A DNA stretch of 64,000 nt from Camelus dromedarius (Eukaryota): assembly GCF_036321535.1 (NCBI RefSeq), contig NC_087437.1, positions 47,680,001 to 47,744,000 of the forward strand, given 5' to 3'. Within the stretch, counting starts at the first letter, position 1. Each line of letters begins with the position of its first letter. Shown one piece after another: positions 1-12,813 of the stretch. Both the position numbers and the translations under genes were made by a program. The notes below the pieces were generated by a model. The model ran no database searches. It was given only the letters and a program-made list of their open reading frames with translations, and was not told the origin of the DNA.

Positions 1-333
1 GCCCCTGTTTATTAAATATAGTCAGTATTGAGTTGGGTCTATTTTGACTGTTTATATCTATGAAGTGGGTGGAGATTTTAGAATCATTATTAATCCTTTG
101 TGGGATTCAGGTGCCACATTAGCAGAGAGACAGTTTATATCCAAGCTTCTGTGAAACATCTTATGAGTGAAATATTTGAATCCTTTTAGATGTTGAAATA
201 CAGTTTGGTTTTTTTGTTGTTGTTGCTTTTGGATCACACTAACAGATGATTCCATGTGTGAGTGAGTGAGTGTGCTTAATTTCTTTGGGGCTTTAATATA
301 CCCTGATAATGATAACTCTTCATACTATTATAG

Positions 334-460
334 GGTTTATTCAATAGAAGAGAGGGAAGACCAAATTGATAGACTGGACTTTATCCGAAACCAGATGAAC
401 CTTTTAACACTGGATGTTAAGAAGAAAATCAGGGAGGTTACAGAGGAGGTGGCAAACAAG
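334..460 (+). CDS. MFN1: Mitofusin-1 coding exon (exon 11 by human numbering); gene begins upstream of the window
   Basis: tag|G...AAG|gtggg boundaries; translates (R)[42 protein letters not shown], matching the MFN1 HR1 region. Confidence 0.96.
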
Positions 461-633
461 GTGGGTAACATTAGCTTTGTGACTGTAATATCTAGGAATG
501 AGAGTATTTTTGATAATATTGAAAATGTTATCTGTTACCTTAAAGGAATTTTTTTTTAAGTTTTTTTAACTTGATTTTTTGAGCAGTCAGTAATCTTTAA
601 AGTTTTTAATTCTGATTTTTAAAATATTTTTAG

Positions 634-738
634 GTTTCATGTGCAATGACAGATGAAATTTGTCGACTCTCTGTTTTGGTTGATGAATTTTGTTCTGAGT
701 TTCATCCTACTCCAAGTGTATTGAAAGTATATAAAAAT
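634..738 (+). CDS. MFN1: Mitofusin-1 coding exon (exon 12)
   Basis: tag|GTT...AAT|gtaagt; [35 protein letters not shown]; 105 nt, in phase with neighbours. Confidence 0.96.
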
Positions 739-1036
739 GTAAGTTAAATTGTAGTTAAATGTTATTCAAATACAGTTTCCTTACCTTATTCTTACTCTTA
801 GTCCACTCTTTGGTGGTTTGGCCATTCTAGTCTTTACGTGGCCATCAGGACACGATTAAACTATTAACATCTCCTGTTTACTCTCATAATAAACATAAAC
901 TGTAAAGTATACAGAAAAGTTATCCTCTTAGAAAAGAATAAGATCAATAAATGTTTACTATTTTTTTTAAGTTTTTAATAAAATCTGCATATGTTCTAGG
1001 GAAAAAATAATGTGGTCATTTACCCATTGTTAACAG

Positions 1037-1139
1037 GAATTAAATAAGCACATAGAAGATGGAATGGGAAGAAATTTGGCTGATCGGTGCACCAATGAAG
1101 TCAATGCTTCAATGCTTCAATCCCAGCAAGAAATTATTG
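1037..1139 (+). CDS. MFN1: Mitofusin-1 coding exon (exon 13)
   Basis: cag|GAA...ATTG|gtaat; [34 protein letters not shown]. Confidence 0.96.
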
Positions 1140-1292
1140 GTAATTTTTATATCTACAAGTTCATGTGTGTAGTTTTTTTGTTTGTTTTTTTTTTTTTTGG
1201 TGAAAGATTTATTGTAAAATCCTTTAGGTATTTTATAAGATGTAAAACATTATATACTGTTGTTTCTTAAAATGAAATTTTGTTCTTTTTAG

Positions 1293-1522
1293 AAAATTTG
1301 AAGCCATTACTTCCAGCTGGTGTACAGAATAAACTACATACACTGATTCCTTGCAAGAAATTTGATCTCAGCTATGACCTAAATTGCCACAAGTTATGTT
1401 CAGATTTTCAAGAGGATATTGTGTTTCATTTTTCCCTGGGTTGGTCTTCCCTTGTCCATCGTTTCTTGGGCCCTACAAATGCTCAGCGGGTGCTTCTAGG
1501 ATTATCAGAACCTATCTTTCAG
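1293..1522 (+). CDS. MFN1: Mitofusin-1 coding exon (exon 14)
   Basis: tag|AA...CAG|gtatt; (E)[76 protein letters not shown]. Confidence 0.97.
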
Positions 1523-1889
1523 GTATTATATATACATGTCTTTTTTTTTTGGAGTAGGCTTTTTACTAGGTGGATATTGCTGAACCGTGCAGAAATGTAT
1601 CTGATTCTACCAGTTGAGTCTCCTTTTTTATGTGATTTTCTCTATAGAATTAGCTGTGTCAGATTTGCTTATTTGTGAGCTAGTATTTGTGATATAGAGC
1701 CATTTCTGAATTAGGTATACTATGTGTAAGAGAAAGCCAATCTCAGACTTCTCATTCAGTACTGTTGTAGATTGTTCTGCATTCACTTTTAAAACTTTTT
1801 TTTTAAGTTTTCTTATCTTAAAAGTTTTTGTTTCTATAATTCAGGTAAGTTGGAATAAATATAAGCATTTAAAAAATGTTTTGAATTTA

Positions 1890-2890
1890 TCAATTCAGTA
1901 ATTTTTCAGAAAACTTATGGAGTTGTAAAACCATTGCCACAATCCAGTTCTAGAACATTTCTGACACCCCAAACGATACCCTTATGCCCATTTGCAGTCT
2001 GTTATCATTCCTGCCTCCAACCCTACTGCCAGTCAGGCTTCTGTAGCTATCATTTTTGCTCTTCCGGGACATTTCCTATCAATGAAATCATAAAAAATGT
2101 GGCCTTTTGTGACTGGCTACTTTTCACTTTAACATAATGTTCTCAAAGTTCGTTGTCATGGTGCATGATGCAACAGTATTGTAGCATATCAATACTCCAT
2201 TCCTTTTTTAATGGCTGAATAATGCTCCATTATGGAGATGACACATTTTACGTATCCATTCATCAATTGGTGGACATTTCAGTTGTTTATACTTTGTGGC
2301 TATTATGAATAATGACGTTATTAATACTCATGTACTGGTTTTATGTGGACATCTATTTTCATTTCTCTTGAGTATATATCTAGGAGTGAAATTGCTAGGC
2401 CATATGGTAACTCCATGTTTAACCTTCTGAGGAACTGCCAAACTTTTCCAAAGCAGCTGCACCATTTTACATTCCCACTAGCAACGTATTAAGGTTCTGT
2501 TTCTCCACATTCTCAAGACTTTGTTATTGTCTGTCTTTTTTACTCTGGCAGATAGAAAGTTGTATCTCATTGTAGTTTTGATTTTTATTTCCCTAATGAC
2601 TAATGATTTTGAACATCTTTCATGTGCTTATTCATGTATCTTATTTTCTGAGATGTGTATTCAGATCATTTGCCCGTTTTTTAAATTGAGTTATTTGGCT
2701 TCTTACTGACTTGTAGGAGTTCTTGATATGTTCTAGATACAGGTCTTTACCAGATATATGATTTCAAAATATGTATGTTTTTCTAGTCTGTGGCTTGTCT
2801 TTTAATTTTTTTTTATCGTGTATTTTTAAAGTGTAAGTGTTTTAATTCTGAAGTCCAGTTTTTTTTAAAGGATGTTGTTTTTGGTGTGGA
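1890..2890 (-). mobile_element. Old LINE-1 3' end (L1MA/L1MB-like), degraded
   Basis: Typical reverse-strand L1 3' text (ccttttttaatggctgaataat, ggagtgaaattgctaggc, ttccctaatgactaatgat). Confidence 0.85.
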
Positions 2891-3188
2891 AAAATTTTTG
2901 TTTTTAATTACTCTTAAGAGTTGAGGGCATATTGTTACAGGTAGACCCATTGTATATTATGAAGATTCATTATTCTTCATGATATCATTGGTCCATGTCA
3001 TAGAAGATAATTTTCAGACCATTTTTAGTTTCTTCGTATATTTATGGTGAACTCATTAATTGAAGTCATTCTTTTTGTAGATTTACTACTATAATTTTAA
3101 AAGAGAATACAATAGAATTTTGTAAATGTGACTATTCCATTTATAGTTGTTTAATTGAATTAATCCTTTTTCTCCCCAACCTTACCAG

Positions 3189-3341
3189 CTCCCCAGATCT
3201 TTAGCTTCTACTCCTACTGCTCCTACTAATCCAGCAACACCAGATAATGCATCACAGGAAGAATTCATGGTTACCTTAATAACGGGATTAGCTTCTCTTA
3301 CATCTAGAACGTCTATGGGCATCATTGTTGTTGGAGGCGTG
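3189..3341 (+). CDS. MFN1: Mitofusin-1 coding exon (exon 15; start of transmembrane region)
   Basis: cag|CTC...GTG|gtaag; [51 protein letters not shown]; not in the ORF track, translated by hand. Confidence 0.96.
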
Positions 3342-3519
3342 GTAAGAAACAGTGCTTTTTAATGTAATTAAAATTGAAATTTTTGCAAAGCTGTCTGCTA
3401 GATCAGAAGAAGAAAGGTGTAGTTACCTCTCTGTTTTCAGGATCTATAAAATGACATGAAAAGTTGTAGGTTAAAATTAGTGAATTAAGAGTTTCACAAG
3501 TGTAAATCTTTTTCAAATT

Positions 3520-3620
3520 TATTTTTAAAAATATAATTGACATATAACATTGTATTAGTTTTAGGTGTACAAGGTGACTTAATATATGTATATATTGTGA
3601 AATGATTACCACAATATAAG
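3520..3620 (-). mobile_element. Short LINE-1 3'UTR fragment
   Basis: aatataattgacatataacattgtattagttttaggtgtacaa...tgaaatgattaccaca, the reverse complement of an L1 terminus. Confidence 0.7.
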
Positions 3621-4133
3621 TTTTTAAACAATGGTTCTTATTTTTATATCACGGCACACAAAGAAACAACACTTGTACATTGAAGTAACAGGAATAATCC
3701 AGGTCCCTTATCTAGCCTTCTCTGAATACCAAAGGGATCTGCCTTGAAGTATTAGGTGATACTTTTTGTGGTAGTTCTTTTATGTTTAGAATTTTTTTTT
3801 CTTATCATTAACAGCATAGGTTTACTTGTTTGGGTTTTTTTAAACCTTTGACCTAAAAAAATATTAACATCCCGTTTTGCAACACATTGAATCAACTTAC
3901 CAAATTTCTGACAGGTTGTAAAAGTTCTTGCCTGATAGTTATGTGCTGTCCCCTTTTCAGCTTGATTTCTGATAATTTCATATTTTCTTACAGAGAAAGA
4001 ATATACATTTCTAAAAAATGGGTCTGACTTAGAGCTCTGTAGGGAACTGATGAGTTTTCTGAAGCCTTTTAGTACATGCATCTCCCCAGTGGTGGCTTTC
4101 CTTCTCAGAGTAAGCTGTGTATTTATCTTACAG

Positions 4134-4330
4134 ATTTGGAAAACTGTAGGCTGGAAACTCATATCTGTTTCATTAAGTATGTATGGAGCTTTGTACCTTT
4201 ATGAAAGGCTGACCTGGACCACCCGTGCCAAGGAGAGAGCCTTTAAACAGCAGTTTGTGAGCTATGCAACTGAAAAACTGCAGATGATTGTAAGCTTCAC
4301 GAGCGCCAACTGCAGCCATCAAGTACAACA
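4134..4330 (+). CDS. MFN1: Mitofusin-1 coding exon (exon 16)
   Basis: cag|ATT...CA|gtaagt; [65 protein letters not shown]. Confidence 0.97.
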
Positions 4331-5832
4331 GTAAGTCGAAAGATTCATCTGTGTTTTTATTTTAAAGCGTTATTGAAGTATGACTTACATGCAGAAATGC
4401 ATGAGTAAGAGTGCAGCTCAAAGAATTAACGCAACGTGAAGATGTTTTGTAATTGCCACCAAAGTGAAAAGATAGAATGATATCAAACAAATGAGCTCAG
4501 AATGCATGGAGGTGAATGTAATTTATTTGTACTGGGACAGCCCAGATTTATAAGTTTAAAGGCATTTTTTTTAAAAACTCTACAGAGAATTTTATTATAA
4601 TAACCTGGGTCCACTGAATTTCTTCTTTTATGTATCTTAAATATTTGTTTCACTGATTAAGTAAAAATATATAGAACTCTTGTCAAATCAGTGTATAATG
4701 TTCTGTATTAGGATGCTACTGAGAGCTGACTTAGAAAGTTTTCTGAGCTAAAGATGATTGCAATTTAATGGAAGAAGCAACATGCACATAATTTTAATAA
4801 AAGATGAGAAGTGTTAAGTAATATGAGAGCTTCATAATGTGAGGCTCTAGAATCTTAAATCATGAAGGATAGTGGATAATAAAGGTTTCCTGGAGGAGAG
4901 GTAGCCTGATGAGATTTGAACATGCAGAATAGAGAGTGAACAGAGAAAACAGCCAAAACCAAAGGCAAGAAGGTAGGGGGAAAGACATGTGTTCAGAAAC
5001 ATGACACAGTTTCAGTGTAGCAGATGTGTTATGGTGGGGGTGAGGGGGTGTGTCTGAGCATAAATCTAACACTGGGACTAGGGTTTGGAAAACTGGAATC
5101 CTGGGAATGATACCATTAACGTTTAGCTCTAGAACAAATAACTTTGCAGTGGTGTGTTATATAAAGTGCTTTAGACTGAGACAAGAATTGCAGGAAGATT
5201 AAACTGTTTCAGACACAAGATCAAAGCCTGTACTAACCTAGTTAAAGCTGTAGGGAATGGTAACAGTGAGGGCACAGGGTTGCGACCACTATATTAAATT
5301 CCAGAGGTACCCATCTACCAGGCATGCTCCAAGGTGCAAAAATATAAACGTAATATTTGCCAAAGTTAATATATTAACTGGCACACAAATATAACTCCTT
5401 GGTTCTAGAAACATGGTTAAATGTTTCTATAACTTAAAGTATTTTTGACTGAGTCACCAAAGTTCATTAAATTTTTTTTCCTTTTTAGTAATTTATTTTT
5501 ATATAGGCAGGGGACAAGAGTAAGGCTTATTGTGCTTCTGAATAAATATATCTAGCCTCTGCTGTTTTATAGTTTACTCATATTCACAGCAACATGGCAG
5601 AGTAATATTACTCGTTGAGCATTTGTCTTGAGGCCAGATGAAATTGAGGCCACCATCAAATTAAGCTTTCAAGCGTCATACCCACCCTCACACCATTCTT
5701 AGCAGTGTTCTTTGACCTAATGTTTTGGGACTTTTTTAACTTGTGATCTTTTTTTTATATAAGCTTTAAATTAAAGTGTATTCATTTTGAAAGGCATTCA
5801 TGACTGCTGATAAAATTGTTTTTTATTTTAAG

Positions 5833-5967
5833 GGAAATGGCAACCACTTTTGCTCGTCTGTGCCAACAAGTTGATATTACACAAAGACATCTAGAAGAAG
5901 AAATTGCTAGATTATCCAAAGAAATAGATCAACTGGAGAAAATACAACACAATGCAAAGCTCTTAAG
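5833..5967 (+). CDS. MFN1: Mitofusin-1 coding exon (exon 17; HR2 coiled coil)
   Basis: aag|G...AG|gtatt; (Q)[44 protein letters not shown](R). Confidence 0.96.
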
Positions 5968-7237
5968 GTATTTGAACCTTTTTTTCTCAATAATACGAAC
6001 ATTTATCTATCTCATTACTGAAATATAATTATGTAAAATCACTAGCAAATTTGTGTTAAAAAATTTTGACTTTACTGACTTAATTATAATTTTCCATATT
6101 GAATTCCATGTTTTACAGTTTCAATGAAAGCTAATTTCAACAAGAAAAATCTGAGCTTAAAGGAATTTTTTAGATGTACTCTTAAAGCTTTCTGTTAAGC
6201 TACATTAGTGCCTTTTCAGAGCAGAAGTTCTGTAATTAAACGTATGAGTTTTCAGTCCTATATATCCAAGACGTGTAACTTCTGTTCTCACTGGAGACTG
6301 TTAGGTATACTTAAATTTGAAGCAACAAAAGTAAACAAGATACCCTAATATAATGTGGAATTCTGGTTTAATATGACTTGTCATGGATTCTTTGGAGTCT
6401 GGTGGGGGAACAAGACCAGAAGTGTCATCACCAGGTCTATACTTCTTGGCAGTTCTTAACTTTCAGCTTTATTACCCATTGGCTGGCTCACCTACAAATC
6501 TAGGAGAATCATTAAACATCATTTGTTCCCTGCTGCTAGTTGCCAGGACACATGCTCCATAAAATTGCCTGTATAAAAACAGTGTCCAGTGTCTGCAAAT
6601 TGGAGAGGCTGTCCTTGTGAACTGGATTTTAAGACATATATTTAGAACACCTGTGATAGCATTTACCTATGGTATCTTAATCTGATTGGCAGCCATCTTC
6701 TCGTGGTACCTGTTTCAGAGTGTCTGGAAAAGGTAACTGACTGCCTGTCACTTCAACCCCAGTCTCCCTTCACATGCACAGACACACACCCAAGTGAATT
6801 TCCTATATTCCATCGCTCCTATTTTAAGTTAGATCACTCCAAATAAAGCCTTTCAAATTTGATGAAACTATACCCAGTAGAAATTTTTTTTTAACTTAAG
6901 TATACTTTTTAAATACTTTTTCACCTTGTAGTTAAAGAAGCAAATGATAAAATAGATTATTGGCACTTACATAGCTTTCAGATTTTGGCCAGACTGACTT
7001 GAATAAATAATATTTTTGATCTGCTAATTCTTTTCCTAACAGGAAAATTTAGAATATTAACAGTACTTGGACTTTCCGTTATTACTAAATTAGGCTTAGC
7101 CATTCAGATAGAAGTTAACTAATGCTTTAGAGTTACCTGAAGAAATACAGTGGTGTTCACATGTACATTTAACTTATATGACCTTGACCGTACACACGTA
7201 GCAATGAAAGAAGACCAAGAAAAAAAAAAAATCATTC

Positions 7238-7290
7238 GAGAGAGAGAGAGAGAGAGAGAGAGTGTGTGTGTGTGTGTGCGCGCGCGCGCA
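7238..7290. repeat. Compound microsatellite (GA)n(GT)n(GC)n
   Basis: Seen directly: about 12 GA, 8 GT and 6 GC units, just after an A-run. Confidence 0.95.
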
Positions 7291-7797
7291 TGCCCTGGCA
7301 TTGTATGGAAGACACAAACCTGTTTTGCCCTGTGTGTTTTCATTCTTTTTCCCCCTCTCTTGTTATGGGCATTTGGCTCCATCAAGTACAGTTCTAATAT
7401 TAAAAAACATTTTTTTTTTGGTCCACCATGGTCCTTTGACATCTGCCAGCTACTTCACGTATACATAAAATGCTTAACTTAAAGGGAATCCATGTGACTT
7501 AGGATATAACGCCTATGTAAGGTGATATGACTCCACTGTCTCATAAGCTTTTCATTCTTGTTAAAGATTTTGTCTTTTATCTCAGTATACCTTTTTTTTT
7601 AAAGTCCTGGACATTGGATTCTGTGTTTATTGCAAAGTTATAGTAGCACATATAATAAGTGCTTTAAAAAGGGTTAATAATCTGAGTTCAGATAAATGTA
7701 GCAACAGCCGGCTAGTGGTTTTTTTTTAAGATTTGAATAGGATGCATTTTTTTCCCACTGATCTTTATGATAATTAGATTGTTTTGTTTTTAATTAG

Positions 7798-7879
7798 AAA
7801 TAAAGCTGTTCAACTTGAAAATGAGTTGGAGAATTTTACTAAGCAGTTTCTACATTCAAGCAATGAAGAAGAATCTTAA
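7798..7879 (+). CDS. MFN1: Mitofusin-1 last coding exon (exon 18) to stop codon
   Basis: tag|A AAT AAA GCT...; NKAVQLENELENFTKQFLHSSNEEES, TAA at 7877-7879; the 8 exons join into one open frame (1132 nt). Confidence 0.96.
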
Positions 7880-9900
7880 GAGATTGCCTTGGTAATCATC
7901 ATAGGAGAAAATGGAGCTTGTAAGGTTGGGGCAGTTATTTTTATGAAGTGACTTTATGAATTATACTAACTGTATCTAAGTAGCAAATCCTTGAGTAGAT
8001 TCTGGTATTGATCTATCTCAGGGTGTTTGCATTTCTGAAGAATGTTATGATGTCTCTTTAGTTTTAATTTTAGGTAAAGAAAGATCCTTTGTGTGACAAT
8101 AATGAATTCGTTAATAGCAAAAGAACCAACTCTGTGACCCCTGAGGGGTGGGGCCCTGCTCTTAATTAGGGCTCTCTTTGTTTTTGATTCTGAAAAACTC
8201 TGCTTCCTGGCATCCAGGAGTTAGAGAATGCTCTTTTCATCTTCTTTCTCAAAACTAATTTTTGATGCCTACTTGAATGGGAATAGTCACCTTGTTTTAT
8301 AAACTGCATTGCTCTAACCACAAGGGAGTGTGGAATGTTCTTGAGTGTATTATTTATGCAGGTTACAATCACTTTTGCCATCCCAGCAGGTATGTAAACC
8401 ACTAATACATAATGCTGTTTTTACTCCTTTTATTCCCATTAAAACTGATACAAAACAGTATTCAGGTTTGTTATTACAAATAGTCTCTTATAAAAGTATC
8501 TGGGTCTAAGTTTGCTCACCTGTTTCTAAAGAAACATTTCAGCCTCAACTCTGATTCCAGTAAAGAACACTTTCTATCTCAGTTTTAGAAGTCAAGTTTG
8601 AAGTGATAAAAATAGCCAAAGATATGGAAGGTCTGAATTTTGGGTGGTTACAGTCATGTATGTTTAACAGTGTTCCTCAGAAGGTGCTTGCCAAGGATAC
8701 TGCTGGATTGTCGTCATCCCCCGCCCCTGCCCCGGTAGCTTTTATATTTATTGAATTGTATGAATTTGTCAGGGCATGGTTAAAAATTATGACTGTATTT
8801 TGTACCATAATGAAATGTTTTGGGGTTCAAGAATTGTGTCTGTTTCTCTGTTAAAAACTAACTGAAACTTAAAACTGACATTCTAGGGCTTTGCTGAACA
8901 AAATGTAATTTTGAGGAACACCAAATCAACACAACCCACACGCTGGTTAGAAATGCACAATCCCAGAGGACACCGTGCTTTAGTGTGTGCTGCTTTTCCA
9001 GGGAAGGATGTTCCAGGCTTTTTTCTTTTAATACTGACTACTTCCTTTTCTGTGCCTTTAAGGCTTGTGGATATTCCGGTCTTTTCATAGCAGGTGCAAC
9101 ACTATTTCTTAGGATATTTTAAAGAGAAAATAACATTATTTAGGCCATAGAAGCCTTTTAAAAACACATTTTTAAGCACATCAGATACTATGATGCAATA
9201 TTCAAATCCAAACAAATATTGGTTTATAGCTAATGATGTTGCTTTATAACCAAAAAATGATACAAGCCACCAAGAAGTGGGATTAGGTAACAACTGTAAC
9301 ATAAAAAACTGATGTCTAGGACTGAGTACTGCTGATTAAGGTTATGAGCTCAAGGCCTTAATATATATATGCAAGTACTTGAACTTTTGAAATAGCATAG
9401 TGGTTTGGTGTCACCGCATTACTGTAGCACGGTGGTTCTCAAAGTTAGTTCTTTGATCAACAGTATCACTTGTCAACTTCTCACACCAGACCTACTGAAT
9501 CAAATACTAGGTGATCCTGATACATGCTAAAGTTTGGGAACTCCTGGAATAGTGGTTCTGGAGAGTAAGTTTATACTAAAGTTCTCCATCACTAGCTTGA
9601 AGGCAGTTGTGCCTGATAAGTTCGAAAATGTATGAACGTTGGAAATGGGATACTAAAATAATGAAACCCAACCTTTACACCAGGAGATAAGTACACCTAT
9701 GACCAAGCCTGTGAATTATAAAGAAATGATGTGATTTATACAGCTGATGTAGTTCAAGGTTATTGCACATTTACTTGATTGTCTGCTATGTATGTTTGCA
9801 GAATTATTTATAAACTTTGTATAAGCTTAAACTTTTTACAACACTACATTTTATAAGTATGCAAGCTTACAAGGTGAAAATAAAACTTGTTTGCCTGATA
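7880..9900 (+). other. MFN1: MFN1 3'UTR (end uncertain); candidate poly(A) signals ATTAAA ~8438 and AATAAA 9879-9884
   Basis: Follows the stop codon; AATAAA at 9879 is followed by T/GT-rich sequence; true cleavage site cannot be fixed from sequence alone. Confidence 0.55.
9428..9548. mobile_element. MER5A-like hAT-Charlie MITE, internally deleted
   Basis: Imperfect terminal inverted repeats gtggttctcaaagt ... aagtttgggaactcctg; internal ccagacctactgaatca and aggtgatcctgat. Confidence 0.7.
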
Positions 9901-10310
9901 GTTGGTAAATGTAGCATTTATACTGGCATTTAGTGAGTTTTAACCTTTTATTAATGATTTTTATGGTAGACATATAAACTATCTTGGGGAGACTGGCTCA
10001 TCTTTATCCTAAGGGGGAGCTTTAGGGAAAGAGTGATGTAATTTTGCTTTTTAATGAAAATCTGTGGCCTTTTAATAGTAGGCTAACATTCACAGTACTA
10101 TAGGATAGGTCAGTGGCAGGCACTCCAGTCTCTTCCTTGCTACCAGCAGCCCATTCATTTTTTATGACAAAATAATTACCTGTGTTTAGATAAAGGAATC
10201 AGAGCTGAGCATGAAATACTGGGCTTGGAGTTTAGTTCTGGGACTTAATTAAAAGTGATCCTACTAAAAATTGACTTAAAACATGCTACATGAACTCTGG
10301 TTAAAAGCAC

Positions 10311-10316
10311 TTTATT
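10311..10316 (-). terminator. GNB4: Likely distal GNB4 polyadenylation signal (AATAAA on - strand)
   Basis: tttatt on + strand about 4.3 kb from the GNB4 stop, followed on - strand by T/GT-rich sequence; fits a long GNB4 3'UTR. Confidence 0.6.
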
Positions 10317-11973
10317 GATTACAGTATCAATTCACAGCAACATTATTTCACAGAGCTACTGCACACATAAAGGAAGGAATCACTGTGCAGGAAAGATCCA
10401 AGAGTACTGCTAAATCATGATACAAGTCCATAGTTTGGTGGAAAGCTTTTTATAAGAGCTTTAATCTAGTACATTCACCTTCCCATAGTCTAACTGCAAA
10501 CTACTGACATTCAGATTCAGTTGGCCACAAGTGTAGAAACCATTCTAGGTGAAGAAAAACATTTTGATAACTTTAAAAACCCACTTAGATGTCAATGCCT
10601 TTGGATAAGAATACGCAAATGCAAGTGTTCAGATGCTTCTTGGAAAAGAGAAAACAATAGGATAGAGCACCATTGTGTAAGAGACAGAAAAGGCTTGAAG
10701 TATTTACCAAGTATATCACTGAAGTTCTATTAAAAAATAAATACTGGATGATGTAAGATTTTGTCAGGCACATATAACACCAGTTGAAACACATAACCAG
10801 TTTTTCATATGCTGCATTAATCAACTATTTTATAGGCTCAATAATTGGATTTAAGAAAAAAGACAGGAAATTTTATCAACATGCAAACAAATTTGCTAAA
10901 TACAAGGTGTACCATCAATCTGATTAATAAATTACTTTTTTAAACTATGCTAGCTTAGACATTCAATCACACACCATTTTAATGAGTACCTATTAGAACC
11001 AACATTTTTAAATACTGCACTGAATTTAAGACAACTGAAAATGGGAGAAAAATTAATTATGAAATGTACTTCACATTCTACTTAATCTAATTTAAAATAC
11101 CAATTTTATTCATTGTGCTACCCTTTCTCACAAGAAAGATAGTCTGACTGGTGAGTGTTTTAAAAATTCTAACAGGAGGTAAGAAACCATTTAAAATTTC
11201 ACTTTTCACAATGGCAAAAGGGGTATTAGAAACTGAACATAGCACTTAACTTTAAAATGTTTTTAAGCCTGAATCATACCCTAAAGGTTTTAGAACATTA
11301 TTATTAAAATGATAGGCCCATTTGGGAGATTGTTTAATCGGTTTCCATTAACCTTAAACACATCAACAGGTAGGTCACAAGTGTTCAACTGTGTTATAAT
11401 TTAAACTGAGACATTCACCAATAATCAAGCATAAATTTCCCTGAACATCTTCATTTTTAAAACAGTTAAAGTCTTAATTTATTACTAAATCTAACACATC
11501 AAAAGTGTTGGAGATTAGCCATGTAATATTGACACGGTATTTTTTTTAACAATAATAAAAATTTCATTTTGTCACCTGGAGAAGCTCCATTTCTCTTTCA
11601 ATAGGTTAACTTTAAAATGACTTAACATATTCGAGAAGCATCTACATCTGTTATGTCTAGGAGACTAATTTACTATCATCATGCAATATTAATCAGTTCA
11701 GCTGACTCTAAATTAAAATAAGGAGATTGCCTACTAGGCTCTATTGGAGAATTGAGAAGTATTTCTTGATAGTTAAGTATCTCTTGAAATATTAAGCCAA
11801 ATCTTTGCCTCTCTGAAGATGGAACTCAACATGCTGTTGTAACCATGGACTCACAACTGTAAAAATCTGAGCTAGGGAGGACCTTGGAGTACGTAGTCTA
11901 AATCTCTAATAGCATAGCTGCCAAAAATGAGGCCTTTCCATCAGAGTGAAAGCAATGTCCTTACTGACAGCAC

Positions 11974-12106
11974 GAAGTGCTTTCTTGGGCAGGTTTATGG
12001 GATGATGTGCTGAATCACGTGGCAATCCCTCCACTTTGTTTTAGAAAAGAATATGTGCCTTTAAGATATTCTTGCAACATCTTAAAAACTGTTCTTTATG
12101 AAGTGA
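11974..12106. repeat. Copy A of a diverged ~130-bp direct repeat in the GNB4 3'UTR
   Basis: gaagtgctttcttg...tgctgaatcacgtggcaa...tctttatgaagtga; aligns by eye with 12683-12813. Confidence 0.85.
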
Positions 12107-12682
12107 ATAAAGAATCTATAAGTAAACCTACTGAGGCACATTATGTTTAAATCTTTCTTACAAGGTAAAAAGAAAAATTATTAGGCACCAGAACTACAAT
12201 ATTGATGCAAATTTCTTACTACAACGTACGGGCATATTAAGATTTTGAAAAACTAAGATTCAAACTATACTGTACTTCTATAAATTATACACTCTTACTG
12301 ATTTCAGGAAGTCTTATGCACAAAAGAAATGGTCAATCTGCTGAACTCAAAACCACAAGTAAACAAATATATCTAGCAACTGGAACGCATACCTCTAGAA
12401 AACAAAAGATTTAAAAACTAAATTAATGTGGTAATAAGGTCACCATTCAGTCATTCATGTATAATTAGCTATAACAGTGGTCAGTTTTCAGTTGCCTAGT
12501 ACATATTTAATTATGGGAAATGCCTTTTAACTATAAAAAATTTAATAACATCAAATCATTTTTATTAACATGTTTAAGACTAGAATACTTGTCTGTGTGC
12601 CTCTCTGGCTGAAGTGTCTTATTACTAGAATCACCAACAAAGTAGAGGAGATACTCTTTATAAGGCTATATTGCACATGGCA

Positions 12683-12813
12683 GAAGTGCTTTCTTGAACA
12701 GGATTTTGGAATAAATTGCTGAACCACATGGCAACCATCCCTATTTCTGGAAATGAGTATGTTCCTTTAAAATATCCTTACCTTATCTCAAAGAGCTGCT
12801 CTTTATGAAGTGA
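12683..12813. repeat. Copy B of a diverged ~130-bp direct repeat in the GNB4 3'UTR
   Basis: gaagtgctttcttg...tgctgaaccacatggcaa...tctttatgaagtga. Confidence 0.85.

Noticed and set aside
7119..7482. ORFs spanning the microsatellite
   Set aside because: Open only because dinucleotide repeats lack stop codons (RERE/CVCV/THTH runs)
11974..12813. The duplicated 130-bp unit as a pair of snoRNA genes or a CRISPR-like array
   Set aside because: I could not find convincing C/D or H/ACA boxes, it lies in a UTR rather than an intron, and there are only two diverged copies with no spacer architecture; kept only as an unexplained repeat
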